Positions 9,205-18,293 of a stretch of DNA of 64,000 nt are shown piece after piece. The DNA comes from Candidatus Bathyarchaeia archaeon (lineage in GTDB: Archaea; Thermoproteota; Bathyarchaeia; Bathyarchaeales; Bathycorpusculaceae). Below the pieces are notes generated by a model, which was not told where the DNA came from, made no database searches, and was given only the letters and a program-made list of their open reading frames with translations. The position numbers were made by a program, and so were the translations under genes. The stretch covers positions 47,330 through 111,329 of the forward strand of contig JBEKKX010000013.1 of the NCBI GenBank assembly GCA_050010515.1, read 5' to 3'. How positions within the stretch are numbered: the stretch's first letter is position 1; the number at the start of each line of letters is the position of its first letter.

Positions 9205-11470
9205 TTGCGTTAAAGGATGGCTACTTGATGTTTACCCTTCTGACCCCGGCAAAATCGCGGTTTGGGTGATAAGCGAAAAAGGCAAAAGAATCAAGTTCAC
9301 TGACACGTTTCAACCCTGCATTTACGTCTCGGGCAAACAAGACGACCTTGAACGCTTAATCAGCCGACTATTTAGCAATCAAAAAATCGCTTCATTAAAA
9401 TTCGTGCAAAAATACGCTCAAGCCACAGATACTGAAAAGTCAAGGGTACTGGAAATAACTGTTAAGGATTGCAGGCAAATTCCTTCTTTAACGCTTGAAA
9501 TTTTAAGAATCGGCGATTTCTTGCGTTATGAAATTCACAATTGCGACATGCAGAATGACCGTTCATACCTTTTTAGCCGTGACTTGTTTCCGCTTGCACT
9601 TGTGGAGTTAAAAGTGACAAAATCAGGCTTGGATTACACGCTTTTGGATTCGGTTGAAAGCACTGACTACGTTATTCCTAAATTGCAGGTAATAAAGCTT
9701 GAAGTGGAAGTTGCTCAGAGAGGAATTATTGCTAATTTTGATGATGTCATCGATAAAATATGTTTAAAGCAAGAGGGCAAAGAGGAGATTGCCATTGATT
9801 ACGGTGACGAAGCCACAAAGCTGCTACAGCTTGTTTACGCAATAAACGAGTTAGACCCTGACATAATCTTAACAACCGCTGGCGACTTGTACCTTTTTCC
9901 CTACTTAATCTACAGAGCAACCGTAAACAACCTTTTAGACAAGTTCCTCTTAAGCAGAGATAACAAGCCTTTTAACCGTAAATTTTCAGCGGGCAACACC
10001 TACTTTTCCTATGGTCGCACATTTTACAGGGCAGGCACCGTGCGGTTATATGGAAGAATACACATCGATGAAAACAATACTTTCATCATAAAAGAAGCAG
10101 GTTTCGAAGGCTTCATTGAGATAGCACGAACCTGCAGAGTACCCCTACACACGGCTGCACGATTCTCGATAGGCTCAAGCATGTCTTCTATGCAGCTCTA
10201 CCAAGCCATAAAAGATGACATCCTAGTGCCCCGAAACAAAAGGATTCCCGAAGCCTTCAAATCAGCCCTTGACTTGCTCGTTGGCGACCGTGGAGACTTA
10301 ATTTTTGAGCCCCGCCTAGGAGTACACAATTCGATAGGCGAATTAGACTTCTCTTCCATGTACCCAAGCCTAATGGCTAAAAACAATATTTCAGCTGAAA
10401 CAGTGCTTTGCAAATGCTGCCCTGATTCGTCACTGCGGATTCCAGATTTGAATTATCATATCTGTACAAAACGGGTTGGAATAGTGCCTAAAACTATCAA
10501 TTTAGCCTTAACCAAGCGACTGCATTACAAACGCCTAAGAGACGAAACAGGCGACAAACAGCTAAAACAAGCTTACGATAGACGTCAGACAGCGTTAAAA
10601 TGGATTTTAGTCACATGCTTCGGCTATTTAGGCTTTAAAAACTCAAAATTCGGCACTGTTGACGGCCACATTGGCGTTTGCGCTTTTGGCAGAGAAGCTT
10701 TTCTTAAGGCAGCGCACATTGCTGAAGATCAAGGTTTTGAGGTTGTTCACGGTATTGTCGATTCGTTGTGGCTCAAAAAGAAAGACGCAACCATAGAAGA
10801 ATACCATGACTTATGCCGACTAATTACTAAGGAAATAGGCGTTCCCATAAACTTTGAGGGCCGCTACAAATGGGTGGCTTTTCTGCCTTCCAAACTGCAC
10901 CCGCGTATTAGTGTTTTAAACCGTTATTTCGGAGTCATGGAGAACGGTAAGGTTAAAATTAGGGGCTTAGAAGTGCGGCGTAGGGATACTCCAGGGTTTA
11001 TTTTTGACGCCCAAACCGAAATGATCAACGTATTAGCCTCGGCGAATAATTCAGTGGAACTTCACCGGAAAATTCCTGAAGCATTAAAAGTTTTAAAAGC
11101 TTATAGGCAACGGTTACTTAATGGCGAAGTTCCCGTATGTGACTTAATAGTTACTAAGCATCTGTCTAAACAGCCGAAAAACTATAAACAGCATGTTAGC
11201 CAAGTCATCGCAGCTCAGCAATTAATTAAACAAGGCGTGGAAGTTCATGCTGGCAACAACGTGAAATTCCTTTTCACTAACTCTGAAGATAAGCGGTATG
11301 ACCGTAGAGTAAAAGCTTTGCAGCTTATCGAGAAAGGCGTAAACCCAGACGCGAAAAAATACTTGGTACTGCTTTATGCTTCAACCGCTAATCTGTTAAG
11401 TTTCTCAGGCTACACAACCAAAAAAGTATACGACGCAGTCAAGGGGCAGCACCAAAAAACCCTCCAATAA
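9170..11470 (+). CDS. polB2: Family B DNA polymerase, PolB2 group
   Basis: DFSSMYPS (motif A), RQTALKWILVTCFGY (motif B), HGIVDS in place of YGDTDS (motif C), IRGLEVRRRD; exonuclease motifs not recognisable. Confidence 0.9.
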   Translation: MTSSKSSTAAPNCVKGWLLDVYPSDPGKIAVWVISEKGKRIKFTDTFQPCIYVSGKQDDLERLISRLFSNQKIASLKFVQKYAQATDTEKSRVLEITVKDCRQIPSLTLEILRIGDFLRYEIHNCDMQNDRSYLFSRDLFPLALVELKVTKSGLDYTLLDSVESTDYVIPKLQVIKLEVEVAQRGIIANFDDVIDKICLKQEGKEEIAIDYGDEATKLLQLVYAINELDPDIILTTAGDLYLFPYLIYRATVNNLLDKFLLSRDNKPFNRKFSAGNTYFSYGRTFYRAGTVRLYGRIHIDENNTFIIKEAGFEGFIEIARTCRVPLHTAARFSIGSSMSSMQLYQAIKDDILVPRNKRIPEAFKSALDLLVGDRGDLIFEPRLGVHNSIGELDFSSMYPSLMAKNNISAETVLCKCCPDSSLRIPDLNYHICTKRVGIVPKTINLALTKRLHYKRLRDETGDKQLKQAYDRRQTALKWILVTCFGYLGFKNSKFGTVDGHIGVCAFGREAFLKAAHIAEDQGFEVVHGIVDSLWLKKKDATIEEYHDLCRLITKEIGVPINFEGRYKWVAFLPSKLHPRISVLNRYFGVMENGKVKIRGLEVRRRDTPGFIFDAQTEMINVLASANNSVELHRKIPEALKVLKAYRQRLLNGEVPVCDLIVTKHLSKQPKNYKQHVSQVIAAQQLIKQGVEVHAGNNVKFLFTNSEDKRYDRRVKALQLIEKGVNPDAKKYLVLLYASTANLLSFSGYTTKKVYDAVKGQHQKTLQ

Positions 11471-11625
11471 AAATTTTTTCTTTCTGCTCCATTTAGGCTA
11501 CTATCTCGGTTAGGACTATAAGCTTGGGCTCTAGACTCCAGTTCAACTTGGCAGCCATCAACAATTCATGCTCAGCGCTCACCCATTCATGAAACTGTGA
11601 AAATGAAGTAAGCGTTTTTTCTTTT

Positions 11626-11988
11626 TCAATGGGCCACGTAATTGGTATTATTAGTCGGTACTGCGTTGAAGTGATTGTTGTGTATAGTGCATTTTTTATT
11701 TTTGCTGAGGACAGGGACTTCTTGGGGATAAAGCATTGTTTTAAGCATTATCCATGCGTCAATAAATTTTTGTCCTTCCTTGGTTGTGATGTACTTTTTT
11801 GTTTTAGGTTGCAGTTCCAGAAAATCTGATGTTTGAAGTTGCAGCAGGTAGTTCTCAAGCAACTTGAAACTTGTGTTTGTGTTGCGTAAAATGTAGGTTT
11901 TTGCCTGAGGCATTTTACATAGTTCAAGAATGTCGTACAAGACTTGCAGATGGTTTCTTCTACTCTCAAAAATCAAAACTCTTTTCAT
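11626..11988 (-). CDS. Archaeal winged-helix transcriptional regulator
   Basis: RRNHLQVLYDILELCKMPQAKTYILRNTNTSF...KYITTKEGQKFI; start chosen from a GGTGGAG RBS. Confidence 0.8.
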   Translation of the reverse strand: MKRVLIFESRRNHLQVLYDILELCKMPQAKTYILRNTNTSFKLLENYLLQLQTSDFLELQPKTKKYITTKEGQKFIDAWIMLKTMLYPQEVPVLSKNKKCTIHNNHFNAVPTNNTNYVAH

Positions 11989-12137
11989 GCACTCCACCGC
12001 TTGGAGGATCATTTAGCTTCATTGGCTGTTACCTCGGGTTTTGCTTGGTAATATTGCGACCAACAGTCACCGTTTGTCTGCCAGTGAGATCCATACGGTA
12101 ATATGTTTGAAGTTGTTTTTAAACATTCTGCATTGGG

Positions 12138-12343
12138 TTATTTGCGTTTAAATAATTTCCAGACAAAGAATATAACTGCGGAGATGAGGAATGCTGAGTC
12201 AAGATGTTTGGGAATGATGGGAAACAAACTCATTGATTGAAAAATGTTATGAATTTTAGTGCTATACCGATTGTTCCGCATACAAACATTATCAGCATGC
12301 AATCCTGAAAGAGTTCGATCCAGTTGCTATGAATTGTCTTCAT
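12138..12343 (-). pseudogene. Possible small two-TM membrane protein, frameshifted at a T5 run
   Basis: MKTIHSNWIELFQDCMLIMFVCGTIGIALKFITF continues as QSMSLFPIIPKHLDSAFLISAVIFFVWKLFKRK* if one T is added near 12242. Confidence 0.35.
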
Positions 12344-12453
12344 TGTATTGCCATCCGCCGAGGGGGGATGTGCTGTTTTTCTTAATAAGAACATTATGAA
12401 TCTATGCTGATGATTGTAAGTATCTTGAATTTTGCGTTTGAAGGCCAGGTTTG

Positions 12454-13104
12454 TTATGTTATTCTAGTTGCTGTTTCGATAAGAAACCCTTTTTTGCCGA
12501 TTGTGTACGGCAGGCTTCTTGAAGGAACGAAGGTGCCTTTCATCTTCTTTACCATGATATCTCTATGTGTAGAATCTGATGTCCATGTTGTATTGAATAA
12601 TATTACGCCGTCAGCGAAGTGCTGCATTGCAGTTTCAGCTTTTTGGTCTTGCATCCCTTCAGTTAAGAGAAGCAAGTGGTATTCTTCACTGCCTTTGTTT
12701 TGACGTGACATTGCGGGGAGCAGGTTGATGGCTTCTTCGATTTTCCGGGTTAAGAGCACTTCGGAAAGTGAATCTATAATAATTGTTCGGTGTCCTTTCA
12801 TTTCTTCAATTACGGTTTCTACCAGATTGTCGGCTTTTGCTAAGGTTTTGAACTTCCAGTTTCCAGCAGCTTCTAGCGGTGCGATATCCCAGTTGTAGGC
12901 GGCCATATCTTCTTTCACGTTGTCGGCGGTTACATTTACAGTAAAATATGTTACCCCAATCTGCTTTGCTCGCGCATAGGCGATTTGTCTGGCAAAGACT
13001 TCATTTCCCGAGCCTGGTAAGCCTGTCAGAAGTAATATTTTAGGCGGTAGACCTCCAGTTAAGAATTCGTCGAGACCTGCGATTCCTGTTTTAACAAGTT
13101 TCAT
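12454..13104 (-). CDS. KaiC/RAD55-like single-domain RecA-superfamily protein with degenerate Walker A
   Basis: KTGIAGLDEFLTGGLP, TGLPGSGNEVF, IIIDSLS, HFADGVI, VKKMKGT. Confidence 0.85.
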   Translation of the reverse strand: MKLVKTGIAGLDEFLTGGLPPKILLLTGLPGSGNEVFARQIAYARAKQIGVTYFTVNVTADNVKEDMAAYNWDIAPLEAAGNWKFKTLAKADNLVETVIEEMKGHRTIIIDSLSEVLLTRKIEEAINLLPAMSRQNKGSEEYHLLLLTEGMQDQKAETAMQHFADGVILFNTTWTSDSTHRDIMVKKMKGTFVPSRSLPYTIGKKGFLIETATRIT

Positions 13105-13337
13105 GCTTGTCTTCCTTCTCTATATTTTAAACGATTTCAGTTATAACCTTTTTCAACCGCGTCAAAGGCACAATAATCTATGGTTTTCTCCAAACTTTTA
13201 TTACAGTTACTGTCAGTGCCGGCTCTTGTAAGCAATATTTCTTTGTTAGTCTTATAAGAATTCAGGTGGAAGATTGTTTCATACCGCTTTTTAAGCAAGC
13301 GCCCGAAAGTTTCCTTAAGAAAGGAGAGCTTTCTAAA

Positions 13338-13466
13338 ATGATTTTTCGTAAAATCCGTAAAAATGTGAAAGCGATTTCGCCAATAATTTCGGTGCTATTA
13401 ATGATTGCCATTGCAGTCGTAGCCTCACTTGTAGTCTACGCTTGGGTAATGGGCTATGTAGGCTAA
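13338..13466 (+). CDS. Archaeal type IV pilin/archaellin N-terminal peptide only (42 aa), either a truncated gene or a mini-pilin
   Basis: Class III signal RKIRKNVKA/ISPIISVLLMIAIAVVASLVVYAWVMGYVG then TAA; AAGGAG upstream. Confidence 0.75.
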   Translation: MIFRKIRKNVKAISPIISVLLMIAIAVVASLVVYAWVMGYVG

Positions 13467-13477
13467 TTTGAAAAAAG

Positions 13478-13588
13478 CGCCGGGAGGGGGATTTGAACCC
13501 CCGCGGCCCCGAGAGGCCACAAGCTGCTTGGTGCTTGCCTGCGCAAACATCTCCAGGCTTGCTCCCTGCCTGGCTAGGAGACCCCGGC
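13478..13588 (-). tRNA. tRNA-Ser(GGA) with a 25-nt intron at 37/38 (13526-13550)
   Basis: Acceptor GCCGGGG/TCCCGGC, anticodon stem CAAGC/GCTTG, long variable arm GGCCTCTCGGGGCC, T-arm GGGGGTTCAAATCCCCC, discriminator G, bulge-helix-bulge-like intron. Confidence 0.93.
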
Positions 13589-13860
13589 ACAAATGAAATC
13601 AACGGGAATTGAAGCTGGTTCGTAACCTTTCTCTGACTTAAGCATAATTTAAAGCTTTATCGGAATAGTGTTTGATTAAGATTATTTTTGGCTTTAGCGC
13701 TTCGTTCGAATTATGATGAATCTACATAGTTTAGTTTGCATCTACACTTGACTTGCTAGACTTTTCTAATTATTCTTTAAAGCAAAAACTCAATTTTCTT
13801 GTTTCTAACAGCAGTCCCTTTTTCCTATTAGGATTAGGCATAAGCTTATGATTTTTTTAG

Positions 13861-13938
13861 TTAGCCCGTATTTGGGCCAGCCCAAAATAGCGTTGCATCG
13901 CCGACAATTTTTTTGTAACCTTTCTTCTGGTTAGTCAT
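13861..13938 (-). CDS. Putative 25-aa small protein
   Basis: MTNQKKGYKKIVGDATLFWAGPNTG*; GGTGA RBS 7 nt upstream of the ATG. Confidence 0.4.
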   Translation of the reverse strand: MTNQKKGYKKIVGDATLFWAGPNTG

Positions 13939-14009
13939 ATTTAAATCACCATGAAAATTTTAGGTCTGAACTGCACAATAAAACCTAAAACACCTATTAT
14001 TGTGCATAT

Positions 14010-14195
14010 TATCATCTTAACGCCACTCGAGGCGGCGACAAAGAATCAAGCTCTGACCTTGAAGCGTTACTTGAGTTTTGGCTTTCAAGAGCTCAATCTG
14101 GGCGTTCCACGAGGTTTTTCAGAACCTTGATTGTTGTTCTTCCCTGTTAACGGTAGGGTGCTGAACGGTTTTACTGCTGTTAACTTTCGGGTGAT
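14010..14195. repeat. Decayed copies of the IS6-like transposon end motifs seen at 57855-62200
   Basis: CCTTGAAGCG at 14057-14066 (reverse complement CGCTTCAAGG); CCACGAGGTTTTTCAGAACCTTGA at 14107-14130; TGTTAACTTTCGGGTGAT at 14178-14195. Confidence 0.6.
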
Positions 14196-14318
14196 ACGAG
14201 CATGCCAATTTAACATTTTTCTATGTATTTTTCTGTTTCGAGATTTTGTCTAAAACTGCTATTTTGCAAGTAGACTCGTCCAAAATAAAATTCAATAAAT
14301 TTAATAATTAAGCAAACG

Positions 14319-14677
14319 TTAGGTCGCGTGAAGCCAACCGCGCCCGCCTTTCTTAGGCTGTTGAACTTCCCGCTTCTTAGGAACATACGCCAAAGTACGC
14401 TTGTTTCTCTGAGGCTCGCGACTGGTGATTTTGGTTTTTACGAATTTTTTAACGCCTTAAAATCCCTAGTCGCATGGATAATGGTGCCACGCTCCACGTA
14501 CAAAGATGCATAGTCACTAACCGAAATGCCCTCAGCTCTCTCCTTATCGTTGAAGCGCTCACTCCACAAAAGTTTCCATTCAACTTTAAGTTTCTCAACT
14601 AATTCCTTTTGCGCTTTAATTCTGCTCTCAAGAGACGCATCAACAGAAGCTTGAGGCGAATCGTTAGTAACCTGCAA
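14319..14677 (-). pseudogene. Hypothetical protein split by a frameshift at an A6 run (14445-14450)
   Basis: The track ORF ends DFKALKNS*; the -1 frame continues KFVKTKITSREPQRNKRTLAYVPKKREVQQPKKGGRGWLHAT*. Confidence 0.55.
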
Positions 14678-14853
14678 TTGCCTCTCTCATTCCCTACTCA
14701 CTTCTTTGTCCTCGAACTATTTAACAATTATTCTAGAACAAACATAAGCTTTTCCAAGTATTTTGGGAAAAGATAAACGGTTTTTTGTTAGACAAAGTTT
14801 TTATTCGCGTTTGAAACTTATTTTCGACCGTTAAGACAAAGGATGATTCAAAG

Positions 14854-15603
14854 ATGGCCCTACAAAAAGGAGATTTCATACTAATCAGTTATACAGCAAA
14901 AGTTAAGGAAACAAACGGAGTTTTCGACACAACATACGAAGATGTAGCCAAGAAAGAGCACCTCTATAAAGAAGGGAAAATGTATGAGCCTAAACTGGTA
15001 GTTGTAGGCGAAAGCTGGGTTCTCAAAGCCCTAGATGACAGTTTAACAACAATGGAGATAAACAAACCTGCAGCCGTTGAAATTCCACCTGACAAAGGCT
15101 TCGGGCAAAGAGACCCGGAAAAAATGAGGCGTGTGTCACTCAAACAATTGCTGGCAAAAGACATTAACCCAGTTGTTGGAGCACAGATAGAATTTCAAGG
15201 GAAAGGTGCGGTTGTGCGTTCAATGGGCGCGGGAAGAGTACTTTTAGACTTCAACCCTCCATTAGCTGGAAAAACCTTAATTTACGATGTCACAGTCAGC
15301 AGGAAACTTGAAAGCAACGAGGAAAAAATCGGCGCTCTTATCCACCGTAGAGTACCTGTGGTGGAAGAAAACAAGTTCACACTAACCATACAAGACAAAA
15401 GCTTAACTATTGACATGCCGGAGGTAGCCTTCTATATTGAAGGCATCCAAATTGCCAAACGCGGCATTGCCCTTGACATCCAGAAATTCATCCCTGACTT
15501 GGCTGAGACAAAATTCGTTGAAGCCTTCAAAGCTGAACCCAAACCAGCACCAGCAGCAGCGACACCTGCACCAGCACCAGAAGCACCAGCTAGCGCGCCC
15601 TAA
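14854..15603 (+). CDS. Long-type archaeal FKBP peptidyl-prolyl isomerase
   Basis: GDFILISYTAK, VFDTT, IPPDKGFGQRD, LDFNPPLAGKTLIY; Pro/Ala-rich tail. Confidence 0.93.
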   Translation: MALQKGDFILISYTAKVKETNGVFDTTYEDVAKKEHLYKEGKMYEPKLVVVGESWVLKALDDSLTTMEINKPAAVEIPPDKGFGQRDPEKMRRVSLKQLLAKDINPVVGAQIEFQGKGAVVRSMGAGRVLLDFNPPLAGKTLIYDVTVSRKLESNEEKIGALIHRRVPVVEENKFTLTIQDKSLTIDMPEVAFYIEGIQIAKRGIALDIQKFIPDLAETKFVEAFKAEPKPAPAAATPAPAPEAPASAP

Positions 15604-15766
15604 AAAAGCGTTAGCAACCATTCTATCTTTTATAAACAAATTTCTACTGTGTTCAGAGCTAAGAATAAAGATAAATCAGTCATGCTGCTATAATTATAAT
15701 GTACAAGCACTCACGTTCACTATTATTCTCGCATACATGCTTCGTAGGGAGGTGAAAAAAGCAGAG

Positions 15767-16150
15767 ATGGATCATACAATAGTTCACTTTGAAATCCCAG
15801 CCCAAGATGTAGAAAAACTGAAGCAGTTCTATGAAGAGGTTTTTGGCTGGAAAATAATCCAGTACCCTGCACCAGAAGACTACTGGATTATACAAACTGT
15901 TCCTGTCGACTCAAACGGTATGCTGCTGAGGCCAGGAGTAAACGGTGGCATGTTTAGAAAGCAACAGCCTGAAATTAAACCTATCAACTATTTTGCTGTT
16001 GAGTCTATTAACGATTACTTAGTTAAAATTCAAAAGCTTGGTGGCAAAGTGATCTCGCCCAAACAGGAAGTTCCTAATGTTGGTTGGATAGCTGCGGCAG
16101 AAGATCCTGAAGGAAACAAGTTTGCGCTTATTCAGCCGTTACGCGTTTAG
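15767..16150 (+). CDS. VOC/glyoxalase-family protein
   Basis: MDHTIVHFEIPAQD..FYEEVFGW, GVNGGM, EDPEGNKFALIQ; GGAGGTGA RBS upstream. Confidence 0.9.
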   Translation: MDHTIVHFEIPAQDVEKLKQFYEEVFGWKIIQYPAPEDYWIIQTVPVDSNGMLLRPGVNGGMFRKQQPEIKPINYFAVESINDYLVKIQKLGGKVISPKQEVPNVGWIAAAEDPEGNKFALIQPLRV

Positions 16151-16161
16151 AATTCAAGTGT

Positions 16162-17220
16162 TTAATTTATTATTCCTGTTGCCTTTGCTGTTTTCTCGCA
16201 TGCTTCGAAATTAAGATTTAACTTTTGAAGGATTGTGTAGCGTTCAGGCCTTATTTTCGCTGCTGCCTCCAACGCTTTAACCACATCAACATCTTTAACG
16301 CCTAATTCGCTAGCAGTTGTTGGTGCACCCATCTGCTTGAGCGTATTTCTTATTCTTTGCCAGTTTGCCCTGTAAAGATAAGCGGTCAATATTGAGCCTA
16401 CGCCGCATTGTTCGCCGTGCATGGCATGGTGCGAATTAAACATGTCTAGGGCGTGGCTAAACAAGTGTTCTGAACCGCTGCATGGGCGGCTGCTTCCAGC
16501 GATGCTCATGGCAACGCCGCAGCTTATCAAAGCCTCAAGAAGTACGTGTAGTCCTTCATCTTTGCGGGAGACGATTAAGTCGGCGTTTTCAATAACCAGT
16601 TTTGCACTCATTAAGGCTAAACTGGCTGCGTATTCGCCGTAATACTCGTTTTGTTCCAGATGTGCCAGTTTCCAGTCTTTAACGGCTGTAATTTTGGCGA
16701 TTACGTCTCCGCAGCCGCTTATTACAAAGCGCCAGGGTGCTTGGGCAATAACTTCTGTGTCAGCAATTATCGCCAGTGGCGCTTGTGCCAGTATTGAGTA
16801 AGGCTTGTCTGAACCTTTAATTGAAGCCAAGGGGCTTGCGATGCCGTCATGAGAAACGGTTGTGGGCACGCTGATGAAAGGAATGTTTTGGCTTCCTGAA
16901 CTTATTTTGGCAGCGTCAATTATTGTTCCGCCGCCAACGCCGAGAAGTACTTGCGGCTTTGAAGCTTCTATCTGCTCTTCAATAGTTATCATATCTTTGA
17001 TCGTCATTGCTTTTATCTGTAAAACATCAACCTGTAATCCTGCCTGTTCAAGCAGTCCGCAAATGGTTCTTCCAGCGATATCGTAGCTTTTTGATCCTGC
17101 GATTACCAGTGCTTTCCCTCTGAGGCCTAGCCGTTTTGCGACTTCAGGAACGCATTGCAAGGTTCCTTTTCCAACAATAACTTCACGAGGAAGCTGCATG
17201 TAATGGTAATTCAGTGTCAA
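16162..17220 (-). CDS. egsA: sn-glycerol-1-phosphate dehydrogenase
   Basis: MQLPREVIVG, GVGGGTIIDAAK, PTTVSHDGIASP, SRPCSGSEHLFSHALD, HGEQCG, IRPERYTIL; start uncertain (17199 or 17220). Confidence 0.95.
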   Translation of the reverse strand: MTLNYHYMQLPREVIVGKGTLQCVPEVAKRLGLRGKALVIAGSKSYDIAGRTICGLLEQAGLQVDVLQIKAMTIKDMITIEEQIEASKPQVLLGVGGGTIIDAAKISSGSQNIPFISVPTTVSHDGIASPLASIKGSDKPYSILAQAPLAIIADTEVIAQAPWRFVISGCGDVIAKITAVKDWKLAHLEQNEYYGEYAASLALMSAKLVIENADLIVSRKDEGLHVLLEALISCGVAMSIAGSSRPCSGSEHLFSHALDMFNSHHAMHGEQCGVGSILTAYLYRANWQRIRNTLKQMGAPTTASELGVKDVDVVKALEAAAKIRPERYTILQKLNLNFEACEKTAKATGIIN

Positions 17221-17443
17221 ACTAACCACTGTTGACTTGCAAACATTAATTTGGCTCCAATGGTTTAAAACTTTGGGAACTTGCCCAGAAAACAAGCCAG
17301 TTTAACCAGGTAAAGGCTACTTTTTAAAGAAATTTTGAGTAAAACTGGGGGTTTGTCAAGTAACTACTTTGATTTTTTCAAAGTAAACTGATACCCGATA
17401 AGCAGTAGGAAACAATAAGAATCCGCAAAACAAAATTCTATTT

Positions 17444-17824
17444 ATGATAAAACAACAAAGAACGATTGATGAAATTTTAGGCAGCCTTGAACCCGCTCAG
17501 AAGGAAACCATACAAAACCTCCGTGCATTAATCAAAAGTGCTGTTCCAGAAACTGTTGAAATAGTTAGACAGGGAAAAATCGCTTACAGGTTAAATGATA
17601 AAGACTTTGTTTGGATAAGCCACTACCAAGACCACGTGGACTTGGAGTTTTTTATGGGCGCAAGCCTTGACTCAGACCTGCTGAAAAGCAGAGGAGAAAC
17701 GGAAAAATCAGATAACGTCAGACATATAACAGTAAGCCATTTTGATAAGTTGAAACCTGAAATAGTGCGGCTTCTGAAGGATGCAGCAGCAGTGGGATTT
17801 GAGCATTGCCCAACTTCCGCATAA
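17444..17824 (+). CDS. DUF1801/YdhG-like protein
   Basis: IDEIL..L...QKETIQNLRALIKSAVPETVE, HVDLEFFMGASL, VRHITV. Confidence 0.75.
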   Translation: MIKQQRTIDEILGSLEPAQKETIQNLRALIKSAVPETVEIVRQGKIAYRLNDKDFVWISHYQDHVDLEFFMGASLDSDLLKSRGETEKSDNVRHITVSHFDKLKPEIVRLLKDAAAVGFEHCPTSA

Positions 17825-17838
17825 AACGAAAACTTGCA

Positions 17839-18075
17839 TTAATCTTCCTTAGGCTTAATTGCTATTTTCGTGTTGAAGCTTAGATTAAGTTCTCCGTTCA
17901 TTTTGCCGACTGAAAAATTAAAGCTATCTGCGCTAACATCCATGGATTTGCCAGGCATCTCTCTAATGTTATCTACAAAACCTCTTACCTTGTTTATTAT
18001 CTCGGTTGCGTCAATATTTTTGGTAGATGCTTTCTCTGTTTCTGGCTCAGACTGGCGTATTTGCGTTTCAACCAC
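17839..18075 (-). CDS. Hypothetical protein
   Basis: 78-aa ORF with GGAGG RBS upstream of GTG; fills the gap convergent to DUF1801. Confidence 0.6.
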   Translation of the reverse strand: MVETQIRQSEPETEKASTKNIDATEIINKVRGFVDNIREMPGKSMDVSADSFNFSVGKMNGELNLSFNTKIAIKPKED

Positions 18076-18293
18076 TCATTTCGCCTCCAAAAAACCCAAA
18101 GTATTCATGCCAACTTACTTTTTTAAACATATGTGGTTACTCTGCCACAAACACAATTTAGAGTAAAAAAACGAGCGCCTATAACCTAAGAAGTCAATCA
18201 ACAAAACTTATCAAGTGGTAAAGTTTCTTATCCACGACAAGAAGCACCGAAGCAACTAGTAAAGGCAAATCAAGCACATTTTAAATGAAGCTT

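Noticed and set aside
15540-15600. CCAGCA-type short repeats
   Set aside because: They encode the Pro/Ala tail of the FKBP protein
15437-15766. 237-aa version of the VOC protein in the ORF track
   Set aside because: The extension overlaps the FKBP gene out of frame and crosses AT-rich intergenic DNA; the RBS and domain start point to 15767
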